Shown here piece by piece: positions 37,350 through 57,031 of a stretch of DNA of 64,000 nt; the stretch's first letter is position 1; each line of letters opens with the position of its first letter. The DNA lies in assembly GCA_047967505.1 (NCBI GenBank), contig CM106538.1; one strand, 5' to 3'. Source of the stretch: Dipteris shenzhenensis. Its lineage: Eukaryota. Made by a program: the position numbers and the translations under genes. The notes beneath the pieces are model-generated. The model was not told where the DNA came from. It did no database searches and saw only the letters and a list, made by a program, of their open reading frames with translations.

Positions 37350-38279
37350 AGTACCTTTGAAAGCACTATAAGAGAGTGTATTTCGCCGGTCCTATATTGC
37401 CCCCATCTTATCTCACTAGTTTGTTCAATGTCAATAATGGTTTTGCGGCCATCGGGCTAGAGCAAATGCGTGTGCCTAAAATGGTTGGGCCAACATCAAC
37501 GTGCTTCTGTTAATCTCTATGTTTCCTTTGGCAGCCTTGTTGTTCTCTCTCCGCATCAAGACGAAGAGATTGCTTGCAGACTTGAAGAAAAAGCAAACCG
37601 ACAATCTATCCTTTGGGTAGCAAGTCATGATGCCATCATGGATGTTTTTATTGAAGGTATATATATATATATATATTAATATAAAATCCTAGTGAAAGTT
37701 TATCGAGCTAATTTTTTTAGTTTCACAATGTTGATAGCATATAGCACAATTTTGTATATTTTCTTTTGAATTTTGAAGTAAAATATGTAAATTCTTGCGA
37801 AACTTTCAAATTTTTCACATTAAAGTTTCAAATCCTGGTGAATGTTTCAAACATTTTTTTGTATTAGGACATACAAACTTTCCACACCAATATAAAAGTT
37901 ATGCTTCTTAACGAAACTAACATGAAAAATCATACTTGGATGCCATGCACAAAAAGTCACCACATGCGCTCCCCACATGAGAGGTTACATCATTGTTGTT
38001 GCATGGGCACCACAACTGCGTGTACTTTGCCATCCCGATGTAGGGGGGCTCCCAACACATTATGGGTGGAATTCAATGATTGAGAGTATAGCGACCGGAG
38101 TACCGATGTCGGCACATGGGGATCAATGGACAAATGCAAGGTTTGTGGTGGATAAATGGAAGGTAGGAATGCCCTTGGAAGTTGAAAAGATGGATTGTGT
38201 GAACAAGATGCAAGGAGAAAAGGGAAGAGAGCTAAGAAACAATACTCAAGATTGGAGTGTGAGTGCAAAGAGAGCATGA
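37318..38279 (+). pseudogene. Family-1 UDP-glycosyltransferase C-terminal fragment
   Basis: TFEDLEHDMLEYL, VYFAGPIL, CLKWL..H..ASV..YVSFGS, and a degenerate PSPG box WAPQLRVLCHPDVGGLPTHYGWNSMIESIATGVPM...GDQWTNA. Confidence 0.9.
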
Positions 38280-38880
38280 GTACACTTCCTGTCAAAATCT
38301 CCACAATTTTAAATTATAAGAAACAATGCACGTTCAAATGATGTTTACGACAGGTAGCCTTAAGGGATGTTTAAGTTCCTTGAGCCCTAGTTCAGCCACA
38401 TGAAACTAGTGTAGCCTTTGGTTTTGTATTGATCTAAGGGCTAAAAGCTTTCCTTAAAAAAGAAGTGCTCCCTAACATGGTCATGCCTTCTTGCTTTTAA
38501 AGATTACATGTCTTTGTCTTCTTCTCCTGTGGATAGGAAAGGGTGAAAAAGCATGGACACGCTACTTGTGAGTTGCAGATCGAATTCTCCATATTTTCAT
38601 TTCGTTTGCTTCTAGGATATATGTTTTTGTTCTCTCTTAGAATTGTTCATACATAGTCAAGAAAGAATAGAGAATTAAAGGAATGATTGAATTTGATGAA
38701 GAGTGATAGATCATATTAAAGTATCATAAAAAAGAGAACAAGATATGATAGGCTATAGGATTATCAATAACCATAAACATGTGTATTGATACGGATAAGA
38801 CTATGAATTATACTACTTGGTTATGATCACTAAATAGTATATGTCACTTATTGCTACTTGAATCATAAAGAAAAAAAATT

Positions 38881-39200
38881 AAGTGTTATATTTGTTAACC
38901 GATTCATTGATGATTTTTGTAGCATTTTAAAGAGCTATATGTAAGAACATCTAGCACACTCAGCCTATGTATACTACATGATATGAAGTCTCGTATGAAG
39001 TGTTATATTTATTTGTTAATCGATTCATTGAGGATTATCGTAGCATTTTAAAGAGCTATCTGTAAGAACATCGAGCACACTCAGCCTATGTATAGTAAGT
39101 GTTATATTTATTTGTTAATCGATTCATTGAGGATTTTTGTACCATTTTAAAGAGCTATTTGTAAGAACATCGAGCACACTCAATCTATGTATACTACATG
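38881..39200. repeat. Tandem repeat, ~100-117 bp, 3 copies
   Basis: AAGTGTTATATTT...CGATTCATTGA...GAGCTAT.TGTAAGAACATC.AGCACACTCA at 38881, 38998 and 39097. Confidence 0.9.
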
Positions 39201-40774
39201 AGCGAACAAGGGTAGAAAGAGAGATTTATTTGTTGAAGTTGACCTAGTCATATTACATATTGAGAAGTGTTGAATTAACAATATTGGGACACATACTATA
39301 GTTAAGTTCAAGAATTACCATGTTGAGGATGCTAAGTGGATGCCCGAGAGATATTTTTGTGAGTACTTTGATTTGCCCTTTTGCCATGCAATTGAGGGCA
39401 GTTGCGATTTTAAGCAAGAGGGATGGTATGAGAATTGGGATTATCTCAGTATTTTTAATTTTTTAGTATTTAGTTGTGAGATCTAGCATTTTATCACACA
39501 AATAATGTAATGTGTGCTTGCTGTTCGCATGAGTGTGTAGCAGTGTGTGCACCACTTATGCGATGAGTGTGTAGTAGTGTGTGCACCACTTACACGATGA
39601 GCAACGGTATGTGTAGTAGTATGTGCACCATTCGTACGCATGACTGGATATATAGCTACAGTTCGCTTAGCCTCCTCACGACGGGCATAGGGTAACATGT
39701 GTGGGTGTGGCACTGCATCCTGTATCAAATTAAAACGGGATCATAACTCAAACATATGAACACCCATAGGTATCTCAATCAACCTTAACTTACAAACCCT
39801 TACCCTGTTTACGGTCACATCCCCCCCCTCCATCTATGATTTATTGATTTTTCATCACATCAATATTGAAAGATTGAATAATACTGGTGATTAATTCCAA
39901 GGTTACTTATACTTGAAACACTTCATTATTATTAATATTGTGAATTTAGGGAAAGGATAATTGATCGAGTGATGGAATTTAACAAGCATGATTTGTTGTA
40001 TTTTGGACATGTAGATGCAAGCTCCAATGAATACTTTGTGGGGATGCATAACTAACCCATGTTTTGCCATGCTAAATGGTGATGGAATTAATGACAAGGA
40101 TTGGAGTTACTGCGGGATTACCGATTCAAATGCCGCACGATGCATGTTATATGGCTATGGGCCAATGTTGTAAAAATAACAAATATGAAGCCATGTGCTA
40201 TTATTTTTGGATGAAGGAATATTAAACCTTATGATATTTTGAGCTCATGGAGCTATATTTAGCAATCTCTCTAATTGTAAAAAAGGTATGCTCATTGCTT
40301 TCAGATGTACTATTATTGGCTCTTTGCTTTTTGGAATTATAATTATAAATACTCTAGTGGGAAGCAAGAGCCACCATCTATAGGGGGCAGATTCGACCCT
40401 ATGCGGTGTCACTCTCGCCTCTCTTCCTGACTCCCTTCTCTCTCCTTTCCTTATTCCTTTTCCTTTGTTCATGTTTTCTTATTCTATTGATTATGTTTTT
40501 GTGGTTTCATGAATTCATAGAGGTATAGCTAATCCCCTTTCCCATTTCAGTGATATCAAAGCTTGGCTATGCTCTAGCATGACTGCGGGAAGCAAGCGAC
40601 ATGATTTTTGCCAATATGATCACACAGTTGTTCATAGAACATTCTTTTTGATCGTTTCGACTACTTGATCACTAAGTTTTGAGTTCATATGAAAAAGTTA
40701 TCAAAGGTGTGTCAAAAATGTTTGAATTCTGATTGACGAAAAGGTCTCACGTGGGCTTGTTCAAAGGGTATGCA

Positions 40775-43700
40775 TGTTGAGAGTTCACGCTCAACATCAT
40801 GTGATCATGTGAGCATAGCATCATCACGTGATCATATGTGCATAGCACTAACCTTATAGAGTGCTATAAAGGAAAGGGTTAGATCCCCTAACCCTAACCC
40901 TAAAATCGTTTGTATATATTCTATTTTTTCAACTAAATCTAGTGTACAGTTAGTCATTTGTGGTGTGCTCTCTAGCTATGCCCTCTTTCCTCATCTCCAC
41001 TCTTCTCCTCTCCCCTCTTCATATTTTGTCATGGTATCAGAGCTTCCTTGCCTTCCACTGAGGCATTGGGATCCTTGAGAGTGTGAGAGAGTGATTGAGA
41101 GTTCTCTTCCGCTAAGAGAACTTTTGTTTTTCCTTTAAAGAAATTTTTGTCATTCCATTAGGGAGAGATTCTTCCATTGCAAAAGGAATTCCGTCCATTG
41201 TTCTTTTGTGTGAGAACCATTGGTTTTTAGTGTGTGTGAGAGATTTGCTTGAGAGAGAATTCTTTTATGTTGTTTGAGAAAGAAAGGTTTCCTTGAGATG
41301 TGTGAAGTTCTGAGAGAACTTTTGTGAGAGATACGAGAGAGAGAGCGGGGAAATTTGACTCCCTGCTCTAAGCTTCTATAAGCAAGCTACTTTAACATAG
41401 CTTATAGTCCTTCAGGGCTTCAGCCCTTCAACGTAGGACCACAGAGCTTCAGCCCATCTATGTCCTATTTTATGGACTACCGGCCAACTACCTATGCTAC
41501 TCTATAACTATGGATTTGTAGGCGGACTGAGGCTTCATGACAATAGCCCAATGCTCGACAACCAAGCACTGGTAGCACAATAAAGGCTGCCATCGACCGA
41601 CAGACGGGCTGACCAGTAGCGAGCACGACTTCTAGCTCCTCAACAACCTCCTAGCCAAAGCAGCGGTGGCCCTTGAGCTCAACGGTGGCCCTTGTGCTGA
41701 ATTGGAGGATGCAGTCCAGTAGCTGAGCATTGCCATCCTAAGCCTTTGCGCCATCCTCAACCTCAGCTGCGCCATCCTACAATTGCGACCCGGTAGCCGC
41801 CTCTCCATCAAAGGCCTCATCCACCACACCACACTAGCTTCTTCAGTCATCCAAAGCCTACTGCCATGAGCCGCATCTCCATTGATGCAACTCACAAGCT
41901 CTGCAACGACTCGTCTCCAATAGTCGACCCACGTCCCAACAACCACCTCAACGAAGCCTCTTCAACGCTCTTCTTCACCAAAAGGCTCCCTCCATTCACA
42001 ACGACCTGCAAGAAGCTGTCAAGCCAGCTGCTCGGAGACCTCCAAGGCCAGCGCCTCTTCACTGAATGCCTACGATGATGCACACGACATCCAATCAAGA
42101 AGGAACGACGACGAAATCTTAGAGATTCTGTCAAAATCTCGAAAGATTCTAGTATCCTTTCTACCAACACGTGGTAGATAAGGGGCTGCCCTTATCCCTT
42201 GATTGACCTCACCTTTGGTTACAAATTTAACACGTGGCAGCCGATTGCCATGTCAACTCATCTGATCTGCCATGTCATCAGATCTGATCCTCTGGCCACA
42301 TCATTAGGGACATGTCACCTGCCACATCATCACTGCCACATCAACATTGCCATGTCATCTGCTAACATCATCATCTGTGCCACTTCAGCACAGGGTTTCA
42401 CTGGCACATCTCTTGCTAGGCACAATGCCACATCATCATTGCATGTGACTCACAGTGACACATCATCATTGAGCACATTTGCACTCCTTTTGCCCCTCCA
42501 CCTAGATCAAGTCGTATCTCTTGATCCAGGAAGAATTTGAGGGCGCTCCGAAAAGGAAAGTCACTCATTTTTTCATGCTCTATGCGCTCATCACATCATA
42601 TGCACATTTTGGCACAAGTGACACTCACATTTGAGCCTCGCCAACAAAACCACTTCCTTCACGTACATTTGCCTCTACATCGATGCATCTGACCCAGCAC
42701 TTAAAAAGAACAAAAGACTGTTCTTTCATTGATCGACGATTGGTTTAGATCTAGATCAGGGTAGACTAGATCGCCATAGAGGGGACGCTTTGAATTTTCC
42801 CAAGTTGCCAATCTAAGCCATGCCCAAAATTCCCGACTAGTACCTACTCGAAGTCAATCCATATGGTCACATACGGTTTCACATCATTACATTACTTGAA
42901 ACCTTATGTTCATCAGTTCAGTGAGTAGACTACAGAGAGTATAGAGGCATTGCAGATTGTTTCAGTGGGCAGATAGCATTTGATTTCACACACACATGCC
43001 ACCATTGTAAAGCCTATTAGGCTCTCTCAGGCATCGTGCACATCATTTCAGCCTTATAAAGCCTCTTGGCTATTCGCAGCATCATTGCCACAAGCCTTGT
43101 AATACAGATTAGATTTTATATATTGTAGTTCTATCTTCATCGACGGTACAGAGATTTCACTTGGCATAGACAGTGTATTTGCAATTGATTCATATAGAGA
43201 TTTTCACGACACTTTTGAGTACATTTCTTGCATCATGTCAACTAGCAACCTCAATTTGGAGGCATCTGCTAAGTTAGACAACTCCAATTATGGTACATGG
43301 AAATACCGAATGGAGACCATTCACAGCACCAACAATGGGATCTACATCAGGATCTACATCTACACAAATAGTTTTTGCACTAGTAGCAGATCCTGCCATT
43401 GCTCGAGCTTAAGCAGAATGGGATAAGAAAGACAAGTACGCCTATCATCTGATCAAGCAGAATGTGCAAGATGTCATGCTAGGACAACTCAACACAGTCA
43501 AGACATCAAAAGAAGCATGGGATATGTTCACAGCTTTCTATGAGTCCAAGAACACATCCAGGATTCTCACACTGAGAAACTAGATCAACCAGAGTTTTTG
43601 CAACAGCAGTGAAATCGGTCATGCTTATGTACTCCGCATGAAAGACTACAACAATAAACTTGCAGTAGCAGGAGGGACTATGAACCCCACAGAAATGGTT

Positions 43701-46700
43701 CAAGTCATTCTGAATGGACTAGGAGAGGGATACGAGAGTCTAGTCCAACACCCCACAGAGCCACAACAGCTCACATGGTCTACTAGGGAAAGCAGACCTC
43801 CAGGCAGATTGACATATGCTCAAAAAGGCAAAGCAATTCAGGTGGAAACCACCAACTATGCTCTTATGACTACCATCATGGCTACAGAAGAGCCAGTGTA
43901 CTTCGAAGATGCAGTAGACAAGCCAGAATGGCAAACTTCTATGAATGAAGAAATGGATGCTTTGTATAAGAATAATACTTGGGAATTATGTGACCTTCCA
44001 CCAGGAAAGAAGGCCATAGCAAACAAATGGGTATACAAAGTGAAGTACAATCCAGATGGCAGTATTCAGAGATACAAAGCCAGACTAGTTGCAAAAGGAT
44101 TTGCACAACAACATGGTCAAGACTATGATGAGACTTATGCTCCAGTAGCAAAGATGGATTCCATACGGTTCTTGATATAACTAGCGACACTCAGTAGATG
44201 GAATGTGTATCAACTCGATGTCAAGAATGCATTTCTGAATGGTTACCTAGACGAGGAAGTCTACATGCAACAACCAGCAGGTTATGTTGAACTAGGAAAG
44301 GAGAATAAGGTTTGCCATCTCCAAAAAAGTCTCTACGGCTTAAAACAAGCACCCAGAAGTTGGTACAATAGAATCAACAAGTATTTTGCTGATTTGGGAT
44401 ACATGAAGTCTAATGCAGATCATACTCTCTACTACAAAGTTCAAGGGGAAGACATTATTATTGCACTTTTATACATAGATGATTTGATTGTGACAGGAAG
44501 CAAGGATAGCTTCATCAGAAAATTGAAATAAGACTTATCTGCAGAGTTCGACATAAAAGATCTTGGACTTATGCACTATTGTCTTGGAATTGAGTTTTGG
44601 AGAGATTCCGATAGCACATTCATGAGTCAGCTCAAAGTATGTTGACAGTCTCCTGAAGAAGTTTCATATGGCAGATTGCAAGATTGCAGCCACTCCCATG
44701 GAACAGAGTTTGAAACTTACTAAAGATTCAGAAAAGCCTACAGTCAATGACAAATACTTCAGGTAGCTCATCGGATCTCTTATATATCTGACAATCACAC
44801 GGCCAGATATTTGTTATGCAGTAAGCTCACTAGCACAATATATGGCAAATCCAAAACAGTCTCATTGAAATGCAGCCAAAAGAGTCTTGAGATACATTAG
44901 AGGTACAAGACAGTTTGGGATAGAATACAGAGGAAGTCATCCATGGTTGCATGGATACTATGATAGTGACTATGGCAAAGATCATGAGACCAGGAGATCG
45001 ACACAATGATATGCATTTTTCCTTGGTCAAGGTGCTATATCATGGTTGTCAAACAAATAGCAAACTGTTTCTTTGTCTTTGACTAAAGCAGAATATAGAG
45101 CACTCATACAGGTGCATGTGAGGCTATATGGCTCAACAGACTATTGTTAGAAACAGATTACTTTGATGAGTCAAAGCCAACAACAATATACTGTGATAAT
45201 CAATCGGCTCAAGCATTGGCCAAGAATCTAGTATATCACTCCAGGACAAAGCACATTGATGTCAGAGAGCACTTCATCAGAGAAAAAGTGTTACTTGGTG
45301 ACATCACACTGCAACATTGTGATAGCAAAGAAAATGTTGCAGACATCTTTACCAAACCACTCGGTAAAGAGCTTTTCAAGAAACACCGATTAGCTCTTGG
45401 TTTGATGCAGAGGAAGGACATTCCCATTAAAGGGGTGTGATGGAATGTAATGCTCAGTCCTTCTTTGATTCCCCAGAATCATCATCTTCAGGGAAGGCCT
45501 ACTTCATGATGTTGAACTTGAGGGAAGGTGTTGAGAGTTCACACTCAACATTGTCAAAGTGTGGATCGTACTAGCCTAATCTATGACTTAATGAGCATAA
45601 AGATCACGGAGGATCAAACCAAATACGGAAAGCCATGGGAAAGAGACAGCAAGTATGAAACACTCAATCTATTCCAAAATGTGTGTGTTCAACAATACAT
45701 GATAGGCCTCTTATATAGAGAGTGCCCTTTGAATAGTCAACACATGTGTGATCCTCTCATCCACATCTCTCCTTATGGATATCCTCAATCCACATCTCCA
45801 CATCATGTAGTCCACATCTTAGGGTGGCTACTTTAATACATTCCTTATCACATACCTTTGCCCTTTAATCTATGTGCTCATGGCACCATATCTCAACACC
45901 TCCCCTTGGTGCCATGATCCTTTGGCTATTGAAAGGTGGTCAGATGTGGTCTTTACTTGTCAATACCTCCCCTGGGTGCTTTCATAGCTACTCTCAGGTG
46001 GTCAGGTTTGATTACAAACATATAGGTTGAAGGTGGCAAGGTTTTTTCTTCTTAATACATGTTGTCGATGGTGTTGTCTTCTTTGGTTGATGTAGCTTGA
46101 TGCATGATGATTTGTTCTTCCATGTGCCTTAATGCTTTATGTGTGGATGCCATGTTCTGTGCTATGGTCATCTCATGCACTTGTGCTTTTGGCATGCTTA
46201 TGACAGCGATGTGTGCATTCATGCTTTGATTTATCATTTGTTGCAAAGGTCTTACCATGAGGTTTATTTTGCTTCAATGGCAGTGTCTAATTGCTAACAA
46301 TGATTCTAACTTGATAGAAACGTAGAGGTCAAAAAGATTATCATTTTTTCTTTTTGGAGCATGTGCAAATTCCTCCTGGATTGCAAGTTACGGCTTGTCG
46401 AAGTTTCTATGAAGAAGAGGTGGCTTGATGATGTGACACATGGATTCACATGCTGAATTCCATACTGTGCTTAGCAAGGGGGTTGTGCTTAGGTGGCATA
46501 ATGATGTGGCATTAACCTAACCCTAATCATTAACTATGGGTTAGCTTAACCATAGTTAGTTTGACCAACCTTATGTACTTGTTGACCACACCTTAGCTAA
46601 CCAAGGTAAAACTTATCTTGGGTCAAATTCTATCAAGTTTTGCCATGTGTCGATTCTTAAACTAATCACCAAACTTAACTGAATCAATCAACCTCAACCA

Positions 46701-48484
46701 ATCCTACGTGGCATTTCCAATGGCTTGGAAGGTTTTCCAAAGGTTACAGGTCAGCTCAGATTTGTGTTGCAGGCTGCAGCATCGTTGACGATGTAAAGGA
46801 CCTGCGGATTTGAGGGTTGCTAGAGCTAAGGTTGTGTTGGCGTTCATTAGAAGCTATCGACAGGCTGTAACTTGGGTTGTTGAGGTCACAGTTGAGGTCG
46901 CGACGATGTGTGCAATGGGAGCCTGGCACTGTGTAGTTTTCGTGTGTGTCGTTCGGGTTAGCTGTCAAGAGGTGCAATTCAAGGATCCTTGCAATATGGT
47001 AGGTGAAGCTAGGAGGTCGAAGGGGAGCTTATGCTTCTCTCTGGTCTACGACTAGCCGGTTTGTTGCTGCCAACAAGCAAGCTTCTGGAGGTGTAGGAGC
47101 TTTAGAAGATTCTGAAGGTGCCCATTTGGAGGATGGCACTATAGCACAGTGAGAAGTCGAGGCTGTTGGTGGCAGCTTGTTGATGGTGTAGCTGTTCGTG
47201 GGTTGTGTCGCACTGGGCTACTATCCCTGGTAATGCTAATGATTCTAGCTATCTCTCAGCTCTATGAGCTAGATCACTTTGCGACAAACCTTATGGTTGT
47301 CAATACGCACATTCTAGCATGCTCGTTGGTGTTGGTAGTGCAGAGGCTATTGGAGCTGTTTGGTCGCATGGCTACTATGGCGTTGAGAGCTGCTCATTGC
47401 TGGAGAAGCGTTGGAGGAACTGGCTTGTCATGGGCATCGCTTGTAGATGGTAGCTTTGTAGACAGCCACTGCTGAGTGCTTGTAGGCTGTTGAGAACGTG
47501 CTGCTTCCCTACTCATTCCATCAAGTCTTCTAGAGCATCTAGATGAACATGCAGGCATTGGCTAAAGATGGAGCCAAGGGTCTATGGAGGTGCTGAAGCT
47601 TGGCAGAAGCTTTGTACATGTGCCGTTTGGAGCTTGTGTAGGCCTTAGGTCTTGCTGTTTGTACTCCAGTTGGCTTCAATTGAGCTTAGTCCTCCTCAGC
47701 AACAATCTCTTTGCAAAGAACTTTCTTTTTGACACTTCTAGCAACACTAAAAACTCTCAAAGAAGCACACAACATTGAAGAAAGGAACACTTCTTTCCAT
47801 GAAGAAACACTTAACAACTCTCACTCCCAAAAGCTCTCTCTCTCAGGTGAATGGAAATATCTCAATCTAGGCTTAGCTAAACCTAAGCTCTGATACCATG
47901 TCAAAGTGTGGATCGTACTAGCCTAATATATCACTTAATAAGCATAAATATCATGGAGGATCAAACCAAATACGAAAAGCCATGGGAAAGAGACAGGAAG
48001 TATGAAACACTCAATCTATTCCAAAATGTGTGTGTTCAACAATACATGATAGGCCTCTTATATAGAGAGTGCCCTTTGAATAGTCAACACATGTGTGATC
48101 CTCTCATCCACATCTCTTCTTGTGGATATCCTCAATCCACATCTCCACATCATGTAGTCCACATATTAGGGTGGCTACTTTAATACATTCCTTATCACAT
48201 ACCTTTGCCCTTTAATCTATGTGCTCATGGCACCATATCTCAACAAACATCAGGTGATCATGTGTGCATAGCACCATCACATGATCATATGTGCATAGCA
48301 CTAACCTTATAGAGTGCTATAAAGGAAAGGGTTAGATCCCCTAACCCTAACCCTAAAAGGTTTTGTATATATTCTATTTTTTCAACTAAATCTAGTGTAT
48401 AGTTAGTCATTTGTGGTGTGCTCTCTAGCTGTGCCCTCTCTCCTGATCTCCTCTCTTCTCCTCTCCCCTCTTCATATTTTGTCA
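40775..48484 (+). mobile_element. Copia family A, copy A3, both LTRs present (40775-41031; 45529-45551 plus 48251-48484), internally deleted
   Basis: TSD ATGCA/ATGCG; PBS 41032-41043; PPT GAGGGAAGG before 45529; gag ATG 43235; deletion near 43748 removes PR and IN; RT-RH to 45440. Confidence 0.95.
45552..48245 (-). mobile_element. Non-autonomous LTR element (family C, TRIM/LARD-like, 2694 bp) nested in the 3' LTR of A3
   Basis: 347-bp LTRs at 45552-45898 and 47899-48245; TSD AACAT; reverse-complement PBS 47887-47898; reverse-complement PPT CCTCCCCTT from 45899; no gag or pol motifs. Confidence 0.95.
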
Positions 48485-51123
48485 ATGCGCCGATTATTTC
48501 GACTGGTGGGATAACTATATTATGATCACATAAGAAAGTTATGGTTATTGCTTTATGCTACCTGCTGTCAACAAACGGGTTGAAGAGTCTTTGGATAGGA
48601 AAATGAATAGCCATAATCAGAGAGGACTTGAGGATGGAAAAGGTTCATATTTTTTATAGAATAAATAATATTTGAGGCAAAGTAGCATCGTGTGATTTCA
48701 AGCATGGAAGAAGTAGAGGATTACCAAAAAGTGAGCGGAGAAAAGCGAGCAGCCCCAAATAAGCGAGCAAGATTAAATAGGTTTCAAGCGAGCGAGAACC
48801 TCATCCAGCATCTTATTCCCCTCAATATCATTGGAACAATTGATGTGATCATAAGCAAATTAAACATATTCCAACAATGAAGGCATGCCTGAAACTCACA
48901 ATTAACTTCTCTTTCATCCCCATACTATCAATTTGAGTCGTTGTGGAGAGGTAGAGACATAACAATACATAAAATTTGCGATAAAAAAAGCAAACACTAC
49001 TCAGATTGAACATCCACGATAGATCACAAGGTAGAATATATGACTGAAAATATGTAAACATGATCATATGCTACATATACATATCATGTCTTTTATGCTT
49101 GCAGAAGATCATCCATACATTCGATCCAAAAACATGGAAACAGAACTAACTATGTCAAAAGAAAAAAAAACACATTTTCATCATAAGGATTAATTTTGCT
49201 TAGTGAAAATACTTATGTAATCTGGACAATACCATGCTTTAAAAAACTTAGGGAGCCAAAAAAGGATTTTAGCCCTCCATACTTCTATTATGGCCAATGT
49301 CTGAATGATAGTTCTATCAGAACTAGAAATGAATGCATCTAACCACTGTGTTGAGTGCTCATCCAGTATCCTGTAGACTATTATGTTAAACTCAATACGT
49401 GACCATAAACTCAAGCATAAGAGGAGCATGATTCAAGTGAAATAATTGGCCGACACTCTGTAACTAGTATCCTGCTGCATCTAACGAAAAGTATGCACCA
49501 GGCGTTAACAAGCTTCTATTTCCACCCTTATAAGCAAACTCGTATCCTCTAGTATGAAAAACTTTAAGGAAAACATTGCACTTAATGCATCAATTAAGCC
49601 AGTGACTACTCATGATGCACAATCGAACAATCATCAAGGAAAGTCTAGTCAAGCAAGTTGAAGCAAAAAACCAAATATCTATTTGGATCTATGCCGTGGT
49701 GTATCTGCCAACCATGAGTAGCAAAAAAACCTATGAAAAAAGCAAAATAAGGATTATGCCACTCTACCATGATCACTTCCATGCTACAAATAAGGGAATA
49801 CATAGTCATTTTAGGGTACTTTTAGGGTTCATTCCCAACCACTAAAAAGAGAGCCAATGCTATCTATTTGTATTCATAAAATCTTTATGAACATTATCAT
49901 GTTCAATATAAGGATAGGAGCCAGCTCAATGGGTAGTCTTAAACAAATATAAATACTATTCGAATTTTAACCTTATGCAAAAGCTTTTTTTTAAACACAA
50001 AGTAAAACTTGATTATACATATAGATGGGAATCAGGTCACCATTGTAAGTATGTATTTAGTAATTAAGTTGAAAATATTCCCTTAGAAAAATAGCTCAAT
50101 CAACATAGTAGCCATATTATATATCCAAAATTTATAAGATCTCATTCATACCATTAGATTGTTTTCATCACTTGTCATGAGTACTAACCTCAATTGGCAT
50201 TATGTATTTGGGTCAAAATAGTTTTTAGTATAGGATATAATGGAGCAATACATTTATGTAATATCTAGTGATCATAGTTTCTAATATAGAATAAAATGGA
50301 GCATAGAGTAATCTTGTCATTCAAAAATGATAATATACCTTCCTTGACCATATACAAGTATCATGCATTCGTAAAAAAAGTTAGTCATAAACTGCAATAT
50401 AATGTGCCCATAATGCATGTACATTAAATCTCCACATGTTAGAATGTGAAAAAGGGAATAATTTAACTATGAAATCAGGGATCAATGTAGGAAATGGTCT
50501 TCTATGCACACATATATGCTAAGGGTCTATCTAATACAATATTGGAAATTGATGTGAGTATAAGTGTATGCATCCATCGGTGATGTATATGAGTGTATGC
50601 ATCCATTTGTGATGTATATTGTTGTACTAATCCATGGTGCTTTACCGCTTGAGTTGTTTGTAGTGTAATTAATCACAACAATGTTGTATTTTTTTTAAAA
50701 AAAATGCCATAAAAATTTCATGCTGCAAAACACACAAAAAAAAATGGCATTTGTAGCATTAATCCAAGCATTTCCTACAAGCAATCTCCATCCCTCCCTT
50801 TCCTGCTTACTCTTTTGGCCACCTCCACCCTCTTGTTGCCCTTCAAGACTGCCTCTTGCCTCCTCGCCTCCTTGCTTCCTCACCTCCTCACCTCCTTGCT
50901 TCTTTGCCTTCTCACCTCCTTGCATCATGCTTGTTGCTGGCAATTCCAAGGCTGTCCCTCCCCTCATTCGCCAGCTCCTCTACTCCTCACGTCATCCTTC
51001 TCCTCATTTTGGTGTCTCCAATGAATAGCTTGGGGGTCTTGTTTTTGGAGGGGGGAAGCATAAGAATGGCAACACCTTAATGCGCTGTCATTTTTCGTGC
51101 TTTTGCCACCTAAAAACAAGACC

Positions 51124-51240
51124 TGCAAATCCCTTGCTTAAGCTTGAATGAGCCTCTTGATTTTGGGTGTGTTAAGCCATTTTTGACCATCATACCCCCA
51201 AAATCAAGAGGCTCATTCAAGCTTAAGCAAGGGCTTTGCA
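51124..51240. repeat. Near-perfect inverted repeat (44-bp arms, 29-nt loop)
   Basis: 51124-51167 and the reverse complement of 51197-51240 differ at one position. Confidence 0.95.
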
Positions 51241-51869
51241 AGCATTGCAAGTCCAGTAAATGAAATCAATCAGATTAGGAATTGGCAAACTCAATTTGGG
51301 AATGGTTAGAAATACTTTGCCTTTGAATAATGCCTTGGATCATGGGATGGGGTCCCATGAACTTGCTGCATGTGATGACGAATGGTTCTGCCCTCGACTA
51401 AAGGTGATGTGTGTAGTAGTAAAAGGATAGCCCTCATGGAATCTCTAAGGGGTCTTGATTTTGGCCATGATTTGCACATTCTAGCACTTGAGCCATACAT
51501 CAATTTCCAACACTTGAGGCATATAGTGGCTTTGCCCACGCAACGTTTCCAACTGCAATCCAAGCATCAAGCAATCTCATATTCTGTATCCAGAGACATC
51601 ATGAGGGGTAGAGCCTCTTTTTGGTAGTCTCACTAGCAATATGTATTGAAAAAAAATGTATTCAATTATTATATTCTTCCTTGCTATATGAATGCTCTTA
51701 ATGCATCCAAATTGTAGAACTACTTCAATACTACTTCTTAGTTATATTGTATAATAACCTCCATATGTATGCTCGTGAGAAAACAAAAAGAGACCTGGCA
51801 ACCCAAAAATGATAGCGCATTGATGCACTGCCATTTTTGGGCTACCAGGCCTCTTTTTTAATGTATCCT

Positions 51870-56800
<4,931 letters not shown>

Positions 56801-57031
56801 AGTTTTAGTACACATACATACATACATGTGTGTGTGTGTGTACATACATACATGGATGCATGCATGCATGCATACATACATACATACATACATACATATT
56901 GATCCATATAGTTTTACTAGATGGGGAAAATAGGCCCCACTCCGATTTTTGTGAAGAGACACAACTAGACAAATAGAGGAAGTCCAAGGGGTTGCTAGGG
57001 ACACCCCCCCGGCAAATGGAGATGCCCGGTA

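Noticed and set aside
40020-40562. Possible LTR ending before a degenerate PBS (GTGATATCAAAGC)
   Set aside because: No start boundary, partner LTR or TSD found.
48800-49560. Possible minus-strand exon fragments of a captured gene
   Set aside because: Splice-like sites are present but there is no recognisable protein and the frames contain stops.
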